Assembly: GCA_963804955.1 (NCBI GenBank)
Contig: CAWDSQ010000019.1
Span: forward strand, 1-54,540
Length of the DNA stretch: 54,540 bases
Reading direction: 5' to 3'
Source: an uncultured delta proteobacterium
Lineage (GTDB): Bacteria; Desulfobacterota; WTBG01; CAIYCZ01; CAIRTM01
Part shown: in pieces, positions 51,398-54,540 of the stretch
Layout: every line of letters starts with the position of its first letter
Numbering within the stretch: position 1 is the stretch's first letter
Made by a program: the position numbers and the translations under genes
The notes under the pieces: model-generated
Database searches by the model: none
Told to the model about the DNA's origin: nothing
What the model saw: the letters and a program-made list of their open reading frames with translations, nothing else

Positions 51398-52450
51398 ATG
51401 GTCAAAAAACCGACATATGATCAACTTGAAAGCCGCATCAAAGATCTTGAAGCTAAAGTGCGTGAAAGAAACAAGCATGGGAAAGAATTAAAGCTCTCTA
51501 ACGACGAACTGCTCGGCACAAATCAGCAACTGGAATCCGCCATTGAAAGAGCCAATAGAATGACTTTTGATGCCGAGATAACCTATATAGAGCTCAACCA
51601 TATATTCAACACAGCTGCTGATGGAATGTGTGTTATTGACAGGGAGTTTCATGTTCTCAAAATAAATGAAACATTTTCGAAACTCTTTGGCATTAAAAAA
51701 AAACAGGCGGAGAACAAAAAATGTTTTGCGCTGATTCCCGGTATTGAGTGCCATACCCCCAACTGTCCACTGACAAGAATTATCAACGGCGAGTCGAGCC
51801 TGGGCTATGATGTTGAAAAAAAGACAGCAGATGGCTCCGTCATTTCCTGCATCATGAGTGCAAGCGCTTTCCGTGATCCCGGCGGCGAGTTTTACGGGAT
51901 GGTGCTTAACTTTAAGGACATTACCTACAGAAAGCAGATAGAGGAAAAATTACGAGAGCTTGCTACCACGGACGGCCTGACCAAGATATATAATCGCAGA
52001 CACTTCCTCGAACTTTCAAATCAGGAATTTGAAAGGGTTAAACGTTATGGCGCCGCCCTTTCAATGCTGATGGTGGATGTTGATAACTTCAAATTGGTAA
52101 ATGATACCTATGGGCACGATATTGGGGATGAAGCGCTTATTGCACTTGCAGAAACCGGAAAGAACATTCTGAGAAAGGTGGATATTTTCGGCAGGATCGG
52201 CGGTGAGGAGTTTGCCGCACTTTTGCCTGATACAGACCTGAATGGCGCCGTCATTGTGGCGGAGAGACTGCGGCAGGCTATTGAAGAGTCCTGTCTTCAA
52301 ACAGACAAAGGTGCGGTTCACTTTTCAATAAGCGTCGGTGTTGCACAAGCTACTGAAAGCCTTAAAAATATCGGCGGTCTGTTAAAAGCAACAGATGGCG
52401 CCCTGTACAGGGCAAAGGAAAACGGCAGAAACCGGGTTGAAGTTTCATAA
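51398..52450 (+). CDS. Coiled-coil/PAS/GGDEF diguanylate cyclase
   Basis: PAS/PAC ending FKDIT, TDGLTKIYNRR, DVDNFKLVND.YGH..GD, I-site RKVD, GGEEF. Confidence 0.93.
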   Translation: MVKKPTYDQLESRIKDLEAKVRERNKHGKELKLSNDELLGTNQQLESAIERANRMTFDAEITYIELNHIFNTAADGMCVIDREFHVLKINETFSKLFGIKKKQAENKKCFALIPGIECHTPNCPLTRIINGESSLGYDVEKKTADGSVISCIMSASAFRDPGGEFYGMVLNFKDITYRKQIEEKLRELATTDGLTKIYNRRHFLELSNQEFERVKRYGAALSMLMVDVDNFKLVNDTYGHDIGDEALIALAETGKNILRKVDIFGRIGGEEFAALLPDTDLNGAVIVAERLRQAIEESCLQTDKGAVHFSISVGVAQATESLKNIGGLLKATDGALYRAKENGRNRVEVS

Positions 52451-52695
52451 AAGGGCCATAGCAACGGCTAACAGAACAAAACCATAGCACGAAGCGGGAA
52501 TACGATTGTGTTGCTTTCGCAGGCCGGATTTTGCGGAGCATACAATTTTTTCAACCGGTAAATCTTCTATTTCACAATTATATTCTTCCAGAATAACCTG
52601 CTTGCAGCTACGCACCATGCATCAAATCAGAGACCAGCGGCTAGAACATTTAACTAAATAATGTAGCCCGCATAATCATTTTAAACTTAACACTT

Positions 52696-52812
52696 TATCC
52701 GTTCGCCTGCATCCTGAGCATTCGAAGGTCGAAGGGTTGAACGGATACATGCCAACAATACAAGACGTTCATGGTTCGACCCTTCGTCAGGCTCAGGACT
52801 CACCTGAACGTC
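52696..52812. repeat. REP-like inverted repeat cluster (CCTGAGC..CGAAGGG family)
   Basis: TATCCGTTC..GAACGGATA and GACGTTCA..TGAACGTC hairpins, with CCCTTCGTCAGGCTCAGGA; same family nested near 11985. Confidence 0.65.
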
Positions 52813-52859
52813 TCTATTTCATGGCTGCAAAAAAATTTAACTGCTCTAATGGGAAAAGG

Positions 52860-54344
52860 TCAATGTGCAGCCCGTACATGAAACAGTTGGAGTGGCCCCA
52901 GCTGGTTGTGAAACTGCTTCACCGGCGGCCCTAATAATTGGCCTAATACCTGGCGATAGTTTTTAAAAAAATATTCATTATATGTTCCCCACATTAAAAA
53001 AGAGGGGGAAACAACCCAGCCGGAAAAACGTTTTTCCTTCATCGCAGTTACAATAGCATCGTCTATAACCCATATTTTCCATGACGGCTCGTTTTTGAAA
53101 GTAGTCCAGTCTTTTCTCATAACAGAATACTCCGCGTCAGGGTCTGCATAATAAGCTAAACACGCGCGATCTATCGGATCGGTTATGAAGATTTTTTCAT
53201 TGCCATCGGAGTGCTGCCGAATGTACTCGAATGCATTTTTCCATGGTTGCTTATGTCCCTTTGTGCCGGCACTATGGTAGAGAAGCGCCGGCCACAGGAC
53301 AAGAAGAATGCTTATGGCCATCGACCACTTCAAATCAATTTTCAAAAAATTAAACGCACTTGTCATTCCATAAGCGCAAACAAGGAGGAAAAAAGGTAAA
53401 AGGAAAATTGCATTTTGCGGTGTGACCATTTTTTTAAAAAAAGCCACGCCAAAGAGCGTTCCCATAATCACCAATACACCAAGTGCAACAAAAAGAATTT
53501 TCCCTGCCTTTTTGTACCAGGCTATAGCTATGCTGGTAAAAAAAACAACTGCATATGAATACGCCCAAACATCCGGATAGTTTTTATCTGTTGAGAAACG
53601 GGAAAGAATAGTTGTAAAAAAATCACTGTTTGCGCTGAGAGCGTACCCCGCTCCTGTTCCCCCATAGGTAGTCAGTTGCACCAGGAAAAAAGGAAGCCAC
53701 GGCAAGAAAAAGAAAAAAGGAATAATCAGGCTGACCGCCAACAGTTCGATGCGTCTTTTTTTCTCTACAGCGCACAGCGCAACTGACATTAGAAAAATCG
53801 TTTCATAAGCGATCACAAAGATCCCGAAATAGTGAATGAGAAAAAGGCATCCGTTTACAGCCCCCAATACAAGGCTATACGTAAAACTGTTTTTTTCGGC
53901 TAACCTTAAAGCTGCAATAAAGCTTATCAATGAGAGGAATAAAAAAAACGAGTACATTCGGGCTTCTTGCGAATAGTATAGTGCAATAGGTGAAAGCGCC
54001 AATAGGGCTGCTGCAACCAAGGCTGCTTTTTGCTCTACTAATGTTCGGGAAAAATAATAAAAAACCGGTATAGCGGCAACCCCAAACAAGAAAGCAGGCA
54101 TTCTGAGAATCCAGTCGCTATTGCCGAAAAAAAGAATAACAGTTTTCATTAGTGCATAGTCTAGCGGTGGCGAGCTATGATTTGCGACTAAATAAAATAG
54201 ATCTTTCCATTCTGCAGATGCAGCTGTTACCTGCATCATTTCATCGCACCACAAAGAAGCATTTATATGATATATACGGAAGGCAACTCCAATACAGCAG
54301 ACAATGGAAAGGGCAAAGAGATAACGATGGTTTTTTGAAAGCAT
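52860..54344 (-). CDS. GT-C glycosyltransferase (ArnT/PMT, GT39/GT83-like)
   Basis: SLWCDE, HSSPPLDY, LRMPAFLFG, YYSQEARMYS, HYFG; about 11 TM; AT-rich. Confidence 0.85.
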   Translation of the reverse strand: MLSKNHRYLFALSIVCCIGVAFRIYHINASLWCDEMMQVTAASAEWKDLFYLVANHSSPPLDYALMKTVILFFGNSDWILRMPAFLFGVAAIPVFYYFSRTLVEQKAALVAAALLALSPIALYYSQEARMYSFFLFLSLISFIAALRLAEKNSFTYSLVLGAVNGCLFLIHYFGIFVIAYETIFLMSVALCAVEKKRRIELLAVSLIIPFFFFLPWLPFFLVQLTTYGGTGAGYALSANSDFFTTILSRFSTDKNYPDVWAYSYAVVFFTSIAIAWYKKAGKILFVALGVLVIMGTLFGVAFFKKMVTPQNAIFLLPFFLLVCAYGMTSAFNFLKIDLKWSMAISILLVLWPALLYHSAGTKGHKQPWKNAFEYIRQHSDGNEKIFITDPIDRACLAYYADPDAEYSVMRKDWTTFKNEPSWKIWVIDDAIVTAMKEKRFSGWVVSPSFLMWGTYNEYFFKNYRQVLGQLLGPPVKQFHNQLGPLQLFHVRAAH

Positions 54345-54540
54345 AGGGTTTTGCAAGCTTGAAAAATCAGTAAAAATGATAGTTATTGTACATAGACGCC
54401 TATTGAAGTTATTTTACCTTTTCGACATCAATATTCATTTTCCATTATAAGAAACCCTTTAATTTCTTAACCCGGGTATAGCGAATTTTAAAACAGGCTT
54501 TCACAAATGCTTCAGTATCCTTTTAAGATGTTCTATGACC

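Overview
Bacterial chromosomal segment, inferred from gene content, RecA/RpsU and its repeat families to be Desulfobacterota/deltaproteobacterium-like. About 20 genes, including housekeeping ones (def, ribF, V-ATPase A/B, cysD/N), carry scattered 1-nt frameshifts, best explained as long-read consensus errors. 1-18.4 kb: surface-glycan decoration island with wecE, three GT-C-like membrane glycosyltransferases, a SAM methyltransferase, two intact and one decayed B12-radical-SAM genes, an acyltransferase-3, an AlgI/AlgJ-type O-acetylation pair, an SGNH hydrolase and an IS3 remnant. 18.6-24.4 kb: beta-propeller lipoprotein, YgiQ radical SAM, geranylgeranyl-reductase-family oxidoreductase plus ferredoxin, and a sulfite-oxidase-family Mo enzyme. 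24.5-34.1 kb: Bacteroidota/Chlamydia-type V-ATPase operon (E, DUF2764, A, B, D, I, K) with a Na+-type K subunit, downstream of an NhaD-like transporter. 34.4-43.2 kb: map-def, ADP-heptose genes, thpR-recA-recX, an RRM protein-rpsU operon with a ~300-nt structured leader, and a HigBA-like TA cassette beside tRNA-Leu(CAG). 43.3-54.5 kb: thioesterase, ribF, cysD, cysN(C), AlkP-family enzyme, mini CysC-like protein, PHP, TIM-barrel protein, PAS-GGDEF and a fourth GT-C. Intergenic DNA is full of REP/MITE-like palindromes. Best novelty candidates: the structured leader RNA; the sulfate-activation module with only kinase-dead CysC domains; a Cys-rich small ORF abutting a B12-radical SAM; a TA cassette flanked by a duplicated tRNA terminator; and an inverted 9-mer microsatellite.
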